The notes under the pieces are model-generated. The model was not told the DNA's origin and searched no databases. It saw only the letters and a list, made by a program, of their open reading frames with translations. Made by a program: the position numbers and the translations under genes. From Ferruginibacter sp. (lineage in GTDB: Bacteria > Bacteroidota > Bacteroidia > Chitinophagales > Chitinophagaceae), in the NCBI GenBank assembly GCA_049840995.1, contig JASGIP010000002.1: a stretch of 64,000 nt of DNA; one strand, given 5' to 3'. Shown here piece after piece: positions 9,712 to 20,018 of this stretch. Within the stretch, counting starts at the first letter, position 1; every line of letters starts with the position of its first letter.

Positions 9712-10449
9712 ATGAACACGCAAAACAACACAATACTGGTAACCGGCGGCAGTGCCGGCATCGGTTTAGAAATTGCCAAACAGTTTACTGCAGCAGGCAA
9801 TAAAGTTATTATAACCGGCCGTACAAAAGAAAGGCTGGATAAAGCCCTGGCACAATTGCCCGGCGCCACCGGCATCATCAGCGATGTAAGTAAAAAAGAA
9901 GACACCGATGCGTTGGTAGCTACTTTAACGAAAGATTTTCCTGCTTTAAATATCGTGGTGAATAATGCGGGGCATGCTCTGCTGCATGATCTCAGTAAGG
10001 GAGAAAATTCTGCTGACAAAGCTGCGGAAGAAATACTCACCAATTATATCTCCATAATTCGCCTGAATGAAAAATTATTGCCTGTGCTGTCAAAACATGC
10101 CGAAGCTGCCATTGTAAATGTATCATCTGTAGTGGCATTTGTACCGGGTGCTTTATCTACTTATTCAGCCAGTAAAGCCGCTTTGCATTCTTACACCCAA
10201 TCATTGCGCATCAGCCTGGCCCGTGCAGGCAATATCAAAGTATTTGAATTGATGCCACCATTGGTGAATACAGATTTTTCTGCACCTATCGGCGGACAGA
10301 ATGGTATCGCTCCGGAAGTGGTTGCAGCCGACCTGCTGAACGGGTTGAAAAATAATATTTATGAAATAAGGACCGGCAATACACAAAAGATATACGACCT
10401 GTACCTGCAATCTCCTGCAGCTGCACTGGAAGCCATGCAACCGGCCTGA
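9712..10449 (+). CDS. Short-chain dehydrogenase/reductase (DltE-like)
   Basis: TGGSAGIG, NNAG and YSASK catalytic motifs. Confidence 0.9.
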   Translation: MNTQNNTILVTGGSAGIGLEIAKQFTAAGNKVIITGRTKERLDKALAQLPGATGIISDVSKKEDTDALVATLTKDFPALNIVVNNAGHALLHDLSKGENSADKAAEEILTNYISIIRLNEKLLPVLSKHAEAAIVNVSSVVAFVPGALSTYSASKAALHSYTQSLRISLARAGNIKVFELMPPLVNTDFSAPIGGQNGIAPEVVAADLLNGLKNNIYEIRTGNTQKIYDLYLQSPAAALEAMQPA

Positions 10450-10467
10450 TTTTTTTTGATCGATAAA

Positions 10468-10481
10468 ATACCAGTTGGTAT
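10468..10481. promoter_or_regulatory. Candidate TetR operator 4
   Basis: ATACCA-GT-TGGTAT palindrome immediately before the MFS start codon. Confidence 0.65.
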
Positions 10482-10486
10482 ATTTT

Positions 10487-12025
10487 ATGAAAAGAAAGCT
10501 ATTGTTGTTTACCGTGATAGCGGCTGCTATGATGGAACTGATCGATATCTCCATTGTGAATGTGGCATTGTCGCACATGAGCGGTAACCTGGGTGCTACG
10601 CTGGAAGATACTTCGTGGGTGATCACTTCTTATGCTATTGCGAACGTGATCATTATTCCCATTACGAGTTTTTTGGCAGCTAAGCTGGGCAGGCGCAATT
10701 ATTATATCGGTTCCATTATTGCCTTTGCTTTTTTTTCGCTGATGTGCGGACAGGCTACGAATATATGGGTGCTGGTGACCTTCCGCTTTTTGCAGGGCCT
10801 GGGTGGTGGTGCTTTGTTATCCGTATCGCAGGCCATCGTTTTTGAATTATTCCCGAAAGAAAAACAGAATGTTGCCAGCGCTTTATTTGGTATCGGCGTT
10901 TTTATCGGTCCTACCATCGGGCCAACACTCGGTGGTTTTATCACAGAGAATTACTCATGGCCCTGGATATTCTATATCAATGTGCCGCTGGGTATTATCA
11001 TCGCCAGCATCTGTACTGTATTGTTGCAGGAACCCAAAATAAAACAGCAGACGGGCAAAGTGGACTGGCTGGGCATTTTTCTGCTAGCCGTTGGCGTTAG
11101 TGCGCTGCAAACGGTATTGGAAAGGGGAGAAAGCGAAGATTGGTTCGAGACGAGTTATATCACCAACCTCAGCATCATTGCGGTATTGGGCCTCGGCAGT
11201 TTTATCTGGTGGGAATTGAAGACCGATCACCCGGTGGTGAACCTGCGGGTGCTGAAGAGTAAGAACCTGAGCATTGCCGCGATATTGACTTTTATTTCGG
11301 GGATCGGTTTGTTCAGCTCTGTTTTTTTAACGCCCGTGTTTGCACAACGCTTGCTGGGCTTTACTCCCACGCAAACAGGATTGTTACTACTGCCCGGCGC
11401 CTTACTCGCCATCGGTGGCCTGATCATTTCTGCAAGATTATTACAACGGGGTGTTTCGCCCTTGTATATGATTGCTGCGGGAGTTGCACTTTTTATTTTG
11501 TTCAGCTGGAAGATGTCAGGCTTTAACCTGGATGCGGGTGCTTCAGGTATTACGGCTGCATTGATTTTCCGTGGATTGGGTTTGGCTATCATCACAGTGC
11601 CGCTCACTACTTTGGCGGTATCTGCATTGGAACCAAAAGATGTACCGCAGGGCGCTGCATTGAATAATATGATGCGGCAACTGGGTGGCTCCTTCGGGCT
11701 GGCCCTGGTGAATACTTACTTACATATCCGTTCGGTGGAGCACCGTGCTGATATTGTAACGCACCTCAGCATCAACGATCCTGCTGTTACTGACCGGCTG
11801 AACAGGTATACCAATTTTTTTATAACGAAAGGATCTACACCGGGTCTGGCGCACCAGCAGGCTTTGCAGGTGATGGAAAATATAGTAACTAAACAGTCGA
11901 CACAACTGAGCTTTAGTGATACTTACCTGGTGGTGGGATTGATCTTTTTAGTGGCACTGCCCACTTTGCTGCTGGTTTCTAAAAGAAAGAAAAAGCAATT
12001 ACAGGTGGTGCTGGCTGATCATTGA
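10487..12025 (+). CDS. DHA2 (EmrB/QacA) family MFS efflux permease
   Basis: MELIDISIVNVAL, WVITSYAIA, GPTIGPTLGG, WPWIFYINVPLG; many TM helices; ATG at 10487. Confidence 0.92.
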   Translation: MKRKLLLFTVIAAAMMELIDISIVNVALSHMSGNLGATLEDTSWVITSYAIANVIIIPITSFLAAKLGRRNYYIGSIIAFAFFSLMCGQATNIWVLVTFRFLQGLGGGALLSVSQAIVFELFPKEKQNVASALFGIGVFIGPTIGPTLGGFITENYSWPWIFYINVPLGIIIASICTVLLQEPKIKQQTGKVDWLGIFLLAVGVSALQTVLERGESEDWFETSYITNLSIIAVLGLGSFIWWELKTDHPVVNLRVLKSKNLSIAAILTFISGIGLFSSVFLTPVFAQRLLGFTPTQTGLLLLPGALLAIGGLIISARLLQRGVSPLYMIAAGVALFILFSWKMSGFNLDAGASGITAALIFRGLGLAIITVPLTTLAVSALEPKDVPQGAALNNMMRQLGGSFGLALVNTYLHIRSVEHRADIVTHLSINDPAVTDRLNRYTNFFITKGSTPGLAHQQALQVMENIVTKQSTQLSFSDTYLVVGLIFLVALPTLLLVSKRKKKQLQVVLADH

Positions 12026-12093
12026 TAATATGAAAAACCATTTTACGGGTATAGCTGATAAAATAGCTGTACCCGTACTTATAACTGTTATGG

Positions 12094-12669
12094 TTACCCT
12101 AATAAACGCGAAATAAGGTCGGAGTGCAGGCTGATCTTCAGAAATGCGGTGAGCCCAAAAATGATACCCAGTACACTTACCGTACTGGAAAAATAGAACA
12201 ACCATTTTTTTTGTGTGAGCGCTGTTATACTGAACAATGCGATGGAGATGGTGAGCAATGCTTCTGTCATATCAAACTGGTCGTCGAATAGATTGATATG
12301 ATCGTATTCCTGCTGAAAACTTTCGGCCTGCTGTTTTATTTCGTTCTTTTCTTTTTCGTAGCGACTGATCTCTTCCGTATATTTTGCCGACATGGCTTTT
12401 GCCTCGGCGCTGTTCTCCAGCTTTAATAATTCGATGGTATTTTCTGCAATGGATTGCTTGGTGCTTTTTGCCTGGTAATACGACCATGCGTCGATACCAT
12501 GTGCCTGCGCCTGCGCCATGGCTTGTATGAGGTTGCCATCTTTTACATTACACAATGCCATAAAAGTGGCGGTGATGGCCACAAATACAGCCACTCTTGA
12601 ATTGATATTGTTGTGCGTCTTTGCTGCTTCTTCAACCGGCGCTTGCACGATCTCTGCGATGTCGGACAT
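12094..12669 (-). CDS. DUF4337 family membrane protein
   Basis: VAITATFMALC, DAWSYYQAKSTKQ and ISIALFSITALT pattern. Confidence 0.75.
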   Translation of the reverse strand: MSDIAEIVQAPVEEAAKTHNNINSRVAVFVAITATFMALCNVKDGNLIQAMAQAQAHGIDAWSYYQAKSTKQSIAENTIELLKLENSAEAKAMSAKYTEEISRYEKEKNEIKQQAESFQQEYDHINLFDDQFDMTEALLTISIALFSITALTQKKWLFYFSSTVSVLGIIFGLTAFLKISLHSDLISRLLG

Positions 12670-12721
12670 GGTGATCTGGTTTACAGGTGAATGGTTTTAC
12701 CAGTAATTTAAACATTATCTT

Positions 12722-13786
12722 TTAAAAATCGGTATCCAGCCATTTAATGGCCCACCAGTTTTGTTTGCCAAAAAAATGTTCCAGCAACTGCGTGGTTACT
12801 TTTAACCCGTTCTCGCTGTTGGTAAAATAAACCAGGCTTTGCTTTTTGCCGGGAAAGGCCATAAAGAAACATTTGAAATCATCATTATCGCCCCAGTGCC
12901 AAATGGCTTTGCCCAGTTCGTTCTGCTGTATGCCAATGCCCAGTCCCCAGAAGATATGATCGGCTGCATTGGAAACACTACGGTTAGCCGGCTTTACACT
13001 CACGGTATCATTCAGCATCATTTGATAAGTTGTTGCAGAAAGGCCGGTACCATTCATTACTGCCTGTAAGAATTTTGTATAATCGGTAGCAGTTGTTAAT
13101 AAAGAATAAGCGCCGGCAGGCAGAAAGAACTCCGCTCTTCCGGTTACCTGTTCTTCTTTATCATGTCCATATACCGCATTTTTTTCAAAGCCCGGTTGCC
13201 ATATAAAACTACTGGATCGCATTTGTAAGGGAGCGAAAACTTCCTGCTGTGCTATTTGCTGCAGCGATTGTTTCAGCAGATTCTGTATCGTGAATTGCAG
13301 GAACATAAAGCCTTCGCCGGAATAGCCCCAGTTGCTGCCGGGTGTGCTTTTAGTTTTTAAGGCAGAGTTGATCCATGTTTTAGACAAAGGATTACCAGCC
13401 CAGTTAGGCAGGCCGGATAAATGGTGCAGTACCATCCTTGCAGTGATCTTTTGTGCCGCGGTATCATTTTTTATTCTTTCATAGGTATAATAATGATAGA
13501 GCGGTGTATCGAGTGAAAGGATATGCCTGTCGTACAGTTTTAAGCTGATATAAGCCAGCACCACTTTACTTAAAGATGCCGCCTGGAAAATGCTGGCCGA
13601 ATTGATAAGCGCTTTTTCGCCGGCTTTTTGTTTGCCATAATTAAAAGCCTGCTGTTTACCATTATCGCTGTACAGCAATTGTACGCCGGTAACTTTTGCA
13701 TTTTTAAAGATGCTGTCTAAATTCTTTTGCTGGCCATTAGAAAAAAATGGTACCAGTAAAAACAGGTAAATAAGGAATGATCTCAT
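12722..13786 (-). CDS. Serine hydrolase (beta-lactamase class C-like family)
   Basis: SxxK (ASLSK), YSGEG, WGLG and HWG motifs; signal peptide. Confidence 0.85.
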   Translation of the reverse strand: MRSFLIYLFLLVPFFSNGQQKNLDSIFKNAKVTGVQLLYSDNGKQQAFNYGKQKAGEKALINSASIFQAASLSKVVLAYISLKLYDRHILSLDTPLYHYYTYERIKNDTAAQKITARMVLHHLSGLPNWAGNPLSKTWINSALKTKSTPGSNWGYSGEGFMFLQFTIQNLLKQSLQQIAQQEVFAPLQMRSSSFIWQPGFEKNAVYGHDKEEQVTGRAEFFLPAGAYSLLTTATDYTKFLQAVMNGTGLSATTYQMMLNDTVSVKPANRSVSNAADHIFWGLGIGIQQNELGKAIWHWGDNDDFKCFFMAFPGKKQSLVYFTNSENGLKVTTQLLEHFFGKQNWWAIKWLDTDF

Positions 13787-13820
13787 GGATGAGGCAGGTA
13801 GTAAAATTTAAAAAAGGAAT

Positions 13821-14642
13821 TTAATTTTTCATCACCAGTTTATAAATATAGGCTTTCTTTAAATGTTCCAGGCAGGCTGCTGTTTGCTGCTGAGGCGTTT
13901 TGTTGTTAAGGTCGTACACATTCAGCAGTACTTCTTTGCCGAATATTTTTATTACTGGTTTAAGGTATTCGAAGTTGTAATATTTTTCTTTTTTAATGAG
14001 GATGTTTTGCTCCGCCTGCACAAATTGTTCTTTGATCTGCCGGGGAGTGTACAGGTGCAGCCAGGTATTGTACAGTTGCCCTGATAGTTCGGTAGTAGCT
14101 GCGAATGGATTGAATAGAGGTGGCATCAACGTATCGATTGCCCTGGTGTAATCGCCCAATCCTGCATAGCATGCTGCGTACAGGCGTTGCTGTTGTATAA
14201 AAGCTTCTGCACGGGCATTGCCACATTGGTAACGTGGTACGAATGTATATTTAGCCAGGTCGATGTAGTTGATGGCCGTGCAGAAATCATTGCGGGCTAT
14301 ATAGATCTCCGCAATATGTATTGCAGCCTGGTTCTTGAAATATAACGCACTCATACTGTCTGCTAATGGCAGCTGCAATGATCGTTCGTATAATTGAATG
14401 GCAGAATCCGGCTTGTTATGTTGTTTGAGTATGTCTGCCAAAAAATAAAATGCTGCAGAGCGATAATTGCCAGCAGGGTTTTCGTTGAGATAAGTGCGTA
14501 ATTTCTTTTCAGCATTGGCAACACTTGCTTCGTTGCCGGGATTGTATGAAACAAGGGAGTAAAAACTTTCTTCAGCTGTTGGTTGCTGTGCTTTTGCAAA
14601 CAGCAGGGGCAATAAAAGCAGGAGCGTGGTAATATACTTCAT
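13821..14642 (-). CDS. Exported TPR-containing hypothetical protein
   Basis: Signal peptide; helical TPR-like segments (AIQLYERSL, YAGLGDYTRAI). Confidence 0.55.
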   Translation of the reverse strand: MKYITTLLLLLPLLFAKAQQPTAEESFYSLVSYNPGNEASVANAEKKLRTYLNENPAGNYRSAAFYFLADILKQHNKPDSAIQLYERSLQLPLADSMSALYFKNQAAIHIAEIYIARNDFCTAINYIDLAKYTFVPRYQCGNARAEAFIQQQRLYAACYAGLGDYTRAIDTLMPPLFNPFAATTELSGQLYNTWLHLYTPRQIKEQFVQAEQNILIKKEKYYNFEYLKPVIKIFGKEVLLNVYDLNNKTPQQQTAACLEHLKKAYIYKLVMKN

Positions 14643-14751
14643 AGCACCGGTTTGTATAAAGTAACAAAAATTCCGGCTAAGGAAGAAGCGCTTTGCAAAT
14701 TTTCACATTGTTTTAATACGGCTTATTTTCTTAGGATAACGGCAACAGATC

Positions 14752-15543
14752 TTACAATGAGCTGATATAGGTTTTCCAGTTGTTCAGCAATTCGTTTTCC
14801 GTAATGCCCAATGCAGCTAGTATATCCTTCTTTTTATTGAAGGGAAGCAGCTGCAGTAATTTATTTCTTCCATACTTGACATCAATATACTTTACCACGG
14901 AGCCGGAAATGCCGTACTTCAATTTGCCGGTCCAGAATAAGTCCAGTGTAGCGGGAACGGTATTGGCGGTAATGGCTTTTTGTACTTCTGCAATACGGGC
15001 AGCATCGCACTGGCCTGAGGCATAAGTGGCCAACCCTTCCACAAACCAGTCGATATTGGTTACATCACTAAAATCGGGACTTGCATTTATTTGTCCGTGA
15101 AATACATGTACCAGTTCATGAGTGATCACCTGTTGTGTTTTATTTGTCTCACTATAGCGATGCTCGCAGGCTTCTTTGTCCCAGGTGATGGGGGAGATAA
15201 TGTCCAGCCGGTTGGATACACCACTGGCCACCATCCAGCATTCCGACTTGAATTCAGGCATCTTCCAATCGTGCTGCCAGGTGCTGTCGATTGAATGCCG
15301 GTTGGGATGCACGTATACAGCGAATGTATTTTTAAATGCAGCGCCGAAAAATGTTTTTACTTCTCGGATGCCGGTTATAATAAACTGGTTGTAGGTTTTT
15401 GTATTGTTTTTATCTGCAGCAGTATAATGGTATTGATAGTTCCTGTTCTTTTCTGTAAGCCAGTTATCACTATCCATATCCCAACTGCTGAGTACCAGCA
15501 TTGCTGCAACGGATATTACCAGGTATTTTGTTTGTTTGTTCAT
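14752..15543 (-). CDS. Putative zinc metallopeptidase (peptidase MA-like)
   Basis: HExxH (THELVHVFH) followed by WFVEGLATY; signal peptide. Confidence 0.7.
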   Translation of the reverse strand: MNKQTKYLVISVAAMLVLSSWDMDSDNWLTEKNRNYQYHYTAADKNNTKTYNQFIITGIREVKTFFGAAFKNTFAVYVHPNRHSIDSTWQHDWKMPEFKSECWMVASGVSNRLDIISPITWDKEACEHRYSETNKTQQVITHELVHVFHGQINASPDFSDVTNIDWFVEGLATYASGQCDAARIAEVQKAITANTVPATLDLFWTGKLKYGISGSVVKYIDVKYGRNKLLQLLPFNKKKDILAALGITENELLNNWKTYISSL

Positions 15544-15655
15544 GGAAGCTTTGCCGGATGAATTGTTGCATCCAGTGCTACCTAAAGAAACAGCATTTTT
15601 TCAAGGAGCAAAAGCAAATAATGTATATGGCGTATTTTATTGAGCCAGCGGTATC

Positions 15656-16246
15656 TTACTCTGTTATCCAGGTAGTTTTTTCTTCCACTGCAGTTCTTTT
15701 AGAACCGGGTGAAGGAATGGCCACATGGCCGATATAAAAAAAGCCCAGCAGTTTATCCTCTTCTCCCAAACCAAAAAATGATTTTGCTTCTTCTGCATAA
15801 GTGATGCCACCGGTGGTCCAGTAACCGCCGAGCCCGTAAGCGCTCACGGATAAATAAATATTCTGCACGGCACAGGCCACTGCTTCTATCTCTTCAATTT
15901 CGGGTATGCGTTTGGTACTGCTTCGTTTCATGCCCAGCGCAATGATATGCGATGCCAGTAAGGGCTGCTGCTGCAACTTGATATATTTGCCTTCATTGAA
16001 AGAGGAACCTGCTGTTGTTTTGTACAACTCCGACTGGAATGCTGCGAAGGTTTGTAATCCTTTGCCGGAAAAAACGGTGAACTGCCAGGGCTCGGTCTGT
16101 GCATGATTGGGCGCCCAGGTGGCATTGGTGAGTATCTCTTTTATTATTGCATCTTCCACGGGTTTGCCGGTTACAAATTGTGCAGGGAAAACGGAACGCC
16201 TTGTTCTTACCAGTTCATTAAAATCCTGTACTGTTATCATATTCAA
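15656..16246 (-). CDS. Nitroreductase family protein (YdjA-like)
   Basis: RTRRSV, WAPNHAQTEPWQF, GLGGYWTTG. Confidence 0.88.
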   Translation of the reverse strand: MNMITVQDFNELVRTRRSVFPAQFVTGKPVEDAIIKEILTNATWAPNHAQTEPWQFTVFSGKGLQTFAAFQSELYKTTAGSSFNEGKYIKLQQQPLLASHIIALGMKRSSTKRIPEIEEIEAVACAVQNIYLSVSAYGLGGYWTTGGITYAEEAKSFFGLGEEDKLLGFFYIGHVAIPSPGSKRTAVEEKTTWITE

Positions 16247-16330
16247 TCTTATTTATGCAAAAATACAATGCTGCTATTGCAGTGCCATGCAGTATAAGAA
16301 AATTGTTTTTCGTTATAAGGAAAAATAAGG

Positions 16331-16735
16331 CTATTTCTTTTTGGCGACTTTCTTTTTTGTTGCTGCAGTTTTTGTCTTCGTGGTTTTTTTAGCGTTGACA
16401 GGCCTCACATGTTTCGGCTGATAGATACCGAGTTTACCGCCACCGGGCAGGGTGATATAGGTAATGCTGCCCCAGCGTTGCTCATCGATCTTTGTGCAGG
16501 TGACCTGGTGTTTTTTCATTAGCTGCAGGAACGCTTTGATATCGTCGCAGATCAAATACAGTTCGTGTAAACCATTTTCTGTAGAAGGATGTATCGCTAC
16601 TTCCGAAGGGGGCAGCGCAAAAATTAGCCAGCCGTGCCCCACGTCTACATGGGGAAATTGCAAAACGTTTTTAAAAAAATCTATATCCGCTTTTGTATCT
16701 GTGCTATAAATGATGGAATGTGCTCCGGTGATCAT
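16331..16735 (-). CDS. VOC/extradiol dioxygenase-like protein
   Basis: GAHSIIYS, GHGWLIFALPP, WGSITYITLPGGGKLGIYQPKH. Confidence 0.75.
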   Translation of the reverse strand: MITGAHSIIYSTDTKADIDFFKNVLQFPHVDVGHGWLIFALPPSEVAIHPSTENGLHELYLICDDIKAFLQLMKKHQVTCTKIDEQRWGSITYITLPGGGKLGIYQPKHVRPVNAKKTTKTKTAATKKKVAKKK

Positions 16736-16824
16736 ACAACAATTATTTAAGGATGAAAGAATGCTGTGTAAAAACTATTCTGAAGATACAGATTGCTTTG
16801 GAAGAGCCCTCAAAAAAATAGCTG

Positions 16825-16832
16825 TACCTTTG
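16825..16832 (+). promoter_or_regulatory. Bacteroidota -7 promoter element of rnpB
   Basis: TACCTTTG matches TAnnTTTG, 4 nt before the RNA. Confidence 0.7.
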
Positions 16833-16836
16833 CAGG

Positions 16837-17220
16837 CTATCAGCCGGGTTATCGCTCCCCGCAAGGGGTGAGGAAAGTCCGGACAGCGTAGGGCAACACA
16901 CCGGTTAACGGCCGGTCTCGTCTGGCCTAAGGCTAGACTGGAAGAAAGTGCCACAGAAAATTACCGTCTCGCCCAAGGCGAGATAAGGGTGAAAACGTGA
17001 GGTAAGAGCTCACGGGTTTTTGCAGTAATGTATCAACCGGGTAAACCTTGTGTGCTGTAATGCCACGTATACCAGTGTTGGAGGGCGGCTCGCCCGAATC
17101 CCGTTTCGGCGGGATACACTGGAGGGTAGGCAGCAAGATTGTAACAGTAATGTTGCAGCCAGATAAATGATGACCGTCCCGCCTTTGGCGAGATACAGAA
17201 TCCGGCTTACAGGCTGATAG
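16837..17220 (+). ncRNA. rnpB: RNase P RNA (type A)
   Basis: GAGGAAAGTCCGG, AGTGCCACAGAAA, GGTAAAC and ACAGAATCCGGCTTAC universal motifs; P1 pairing CTATCAGCC/GGCTGATAG. Confidence 0.96.
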
Positions 17221-17235
17221 TTTTTTAAAAGATTG

Positions 17236-17267
17236 AGGCCTCCAGCTTTTAGCTGGAGGCCTTTTTA
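17236..17267. terminator. Bidirectional terminator after rnpB
   Basis: AGGCCTCCAGCT-TTT-AGCTGGAGGCCT 12-bp stem with T tract. Confidence 0.85.
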
Positions 17268-17915
17268 TTAGTAACTTTTTATTTTAGGTACATCGTAGAT
17301 GGTATTGGTTGCCGGTGGGTGATCGATACAATCCACGAGCGCCCTGATCATTTGCCGAATGGTAACCGTATCCAGGTATATGGCTGCCTGTTTTTTGGAT
17401 GGAAATAATTTCATCACAGCAAACAATGGTTTTAATAATACCGGCCACCAGTGGCCCGGTCCCAGTACATACCAGGGACGTATAAACGAAGTTGTGAAAG
17501 GTTGCTGCGACAATATTGCTTCGCCTTCGGCACGTACCTGCTGAAAATCCTTCATGATATTAGTAGGATACATGGATACACTGAGGTAAACAAAATGCTG
17601 TATACCTGCATGTGCAGCGGCTTTTGCGGCCTGCAGCACCGATACCCGGTCGATATTTTTAAACTGTTCTTTTTTGGCAGGAGAGGGATGTGCCACACCG
17701 ATCAAATGCACGAATATGGTTGCGGGTGCAATATGTTCCTGGTAGCTAACTGCATTCAGTGCATTACCAACAATTACTTCACAACCTGCTGGTAACTTAT
17801 GTTCTGATCCTTGCCTAACTATTGCCCGTACACTATAATTGCCCTGCTGTAATAATGCTTTAATGAGCCTGGTGCCGATATAGCCCGTACCTCCTGTAAT
17901 AAAAACGGTTTGCAT
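17268..17915 (-). CDS. NAD(P)-binding atypical SDR/epimerase
   Basis: ITGGTGYIG Rossmann motif; IRPWYVLGPG. Confidence 0.8.
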   Translation of the reverse strand: MQTVFITGGTGYIGTRLIKALLQQGNYSVRAIVRQGSEHKLPAGCEVIVGNALNAVSYQEHIAPATIFVHLIGVAHPSPAKKEQFKNIDRVSVLQAAKAAAHAGIQHFVYLSVSMYPTNIMKDFQQVRAEGEAILSQQPFTTSFIRPWYVLGPGHWWPVLLKPLFAVMKLFPSKKQAAIYLDTVTIRQMIRALVDCIDHPPATNTIYDVPKIKSY

Positions 17916-17932
17916 GCTGCTTTTTTTCGCCC

Positions 17933-18961
17933 TTATAATTTACCGCCGTCCACATCTTTTATAAAACTGATGAGGCCGGGGAAATAGTGCTTCTGATCGT
18001 CATACATATCCATGTGGCTGCCGTTGGGGCAAAGCAGGAACCTGCCGTGTTGCACCTGTGTGCTCATCCATTTCATGTGTTCAGGATCCATGGTATCAAA
18101 TGTGCCACCAATGGTCAATGTTGGCACTTTTATTTGTGGCAATTGTTTTTTTATATCCCAGTTGATAAGATTACCGCCAATCCCGAATTCGCTGGGGCCC
18201 TGCATGGTGACGTACAGCGATTGGTTCATTTTTGCAAGGGAACGTGTTACCGGTTCGGGCCACTGCTCAATGGGTATGCGGCAGATATGTTTGGCATAAA
18301 AATGCGGCATCAGCAGTTCCATGTATTTGGGATTCTCAAAATCGCCTTTCTTTTCTATCTGACGGATAGTGTCCAGTATCTTCGGATCGAACTGCGGCGC
18401 CAGTACTTCCTGTGCATACTTACCGTATTCGGGACAACTGCTCATCATATTGCTGATGATAAGCCCTTTTAAATTATCCTGGTATTTTAATGCGTATTGC
18501 ATGGCCAGTATACCGCCCCAGCTATGCCCTAATAAATAAAAATTATCCTTGGTAAGATTCAATGCCTTGCGTACCTGCTCCACTTCTTCCACAAATCTTG
18601 ACAGGTCCCACATGCTGGTATCTTTGGGATTATCCGAAAGGCCACAGCCGAGCTGATCGTAATAAATGAATTCGATATCCTGTTGCGGTAAAAAACTTTC
18701 AAAGCATTCAAAGTATTCGTGCGTAGCGCCGGGACCACCGTTCAGCAACAGCAATTTTATTTTTGGATTATTACCCAGCGTTTTTGTCCAGATGTTGAAT
18801 TTGCCTTTGGGTGTTTCGATGGGGATTATTTTAATGCCACCGGTCTGTACTTCGTTATAGATGGTAGTGTCTGTTGCAGCAGCGGCAGTGCTGTTTGTTT
18901 TGCTATCGTTATTGCAGGAAATAAAAATTGCAATGATAATAACAGGGAAAAGAAATTTCAT
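17933..18961 (-). CDS. Proline iminopeptidase family lipoprotein (alpha/beta hydrolase)
   Basis: Lipobox FISC; NGGPG, YYDQLGCG, GHSWGG nucleophile, NGSHM. Confidence 0.9.
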   Translation of the reverse strand: MKFLFPVIIIAIFISCNNDSKTNSTAAAATDTTIYNEVQTGGIKIIPIETPKGKFNIWTKTLGNNPKIKLLLLNGGPGATHEYFECFESFLPQQDIEFIYYDQLGCGLSDNPKDTSMWDLSRFVEEVEQVRKALNLTKDNFYLLGHSWGGILAMQYALKYQDNLKGLIISNMMSSCPEYGKYAQEVLAPQFDPKILDTIRQIEKKGDFENPKYMELLMPHFYAKHICRIPIEQWPEPVTRSLAKMNQSLYVTMQGPSEFGIGGNLINWDIKKQLPQIKVPTLTIGGTFDTMDPEHMKWMSTQVQHGRFLLCPNGSHMDMYDDQKHYFPGLISFIKDVDGGKL

Positions 18962-19028
18962 GCGCAGTTGGTTTGATAAATTATAAAATGGCTGTTGCAG
19001 ACAGCAACAGCCATTGCTGATGATGAGT

Positions 19029-19538
19029 TTAATTTGATTTTGCCATCATGGCTTCCACCATTTCGGCAGTGGGGCCATAGATGTTGGGCTGCATGGCGCC
19101 CATTGGGCGGTAATAAGTAGATAACTGGCCGCGGTGATGGATGATATCGAACAAAAATGTCCAGCACATTTTACCCAGGGGGTATTCAAACAGTTTATTG
19201 CCGAACACATTCATGGGGATCACTTTTTCTTCCCAGGTTTTTTCATCCACTGCTTCTATCAAAGCGACCAGCCGGTTAGTCTCCTGTTCAAAAACATCGA
19301 TGGCTTTTTCTGTAGAAGGATAATCTGCCATTACGCGGTGGTTGATCACGCCGGTTTCCACGCCTTCAACCAGGTCCTCCACATGCGATACAAAATGATC
19401 CACCAGTTGTTTGGCGGTGCGGTTCTTTTCTGCCGGTTTGTAACCCAGTTTTGCCGCTTCGGGCAATGCTTTTAATGCAGTAAGGGTGGGGGCCAGTTCC
19501 GACCGCCAGCATTCCAGGAAAAATTCTTTGTTGGTCAT
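19029..19538 (-). CDS. DinB family protein
   Basis: IIHHRGQLSTYYRPMG...PNIYGPTA motif. Confidence 0.85.
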   Translation of the reverse strand: MTNKEFFLECWRSELAPTLTALKALPEAAKLGYKPAEKNRTAKQLVDHFVSHVEDLVEGVETGVINHRVMADYPSTEKAIDVFEQETNRLVALIEAVDEKTWEEKVIPMNVFGNKLFEYPLGKMCWTFLFDIIHHRGQLSTYYRPMGAMQPNIYGPTAEMVEAMMAKSN

Positions 19539-19714
19539 AACGATGATTTTTAGTTTTTTTAAATAATGCTATGGTTTACAGGACAGGCAGGCGTTTTGCA
19601 AAGGCAGGGATACAGCAAACAATGTACATACACTTAAAACTAAAGAATGGATTTATAAATTCCTATATTTTGAGGATATATTTTGGTTAAGTAGAGGAAA
19701 GGTATTGCGGGATA

Positions 19715-19830
19715 GCCGCCTGCGGCGGCTTTGGAGGAACGTGGATTTTTAGGATGGTGATGATGTGTGAGGATCTATTTTCGCCACCGTCTTGGTACTG
19801 AGCGATGTGGAAGTATGACAAACGGCATAT
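19715..19830. repeat. Repeat family R1 copy (19715-19778, +) followed by an R2 long copy (19781-19830, -)
   Basis: AGCCGCC-TGC-GGCGGCT hairpin + GGATTTTTAGGATGGTGATGAT core; the reverse complement of 19781-19830 is ...GCCGTTTGTCATACTTCCACATCGCTCAGTACCAAGACGGTGGCGA. Confidence 0.8.
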
Positions 19831-19980
19831 GAAACTCCTTATTACTAAGGCTGCTTACAATTAAAGGAAGTTGACGTTTGTTGCAAAGAATATTGCAGAC
19901 GTAGGCACCTGCGGTGCCTGATATGTGAACGCGGATTTTTAGGATGGTGATGATGTGTTAGGATCTATTTATGTAAATTA
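19824..19980 (+). repeat. Left copy of a ~157-bp direct repeat (contains R1)
   Basis: Aligns without gaps to 20856-21012. Confidence 0.85.
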
Positions 19981-20018
19981 CGATAGAGTATGTAGCTTTT
20001 ACCGTAATCTTTAAAATT

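Noticed and set aside
12722-13786. Serine hydrolase as a true beta-lactamase resistance gene
   Set aside because: The motifs fit the broad serine hydrolase family; nothing specifically indicates beta-lactam hydrolysis.
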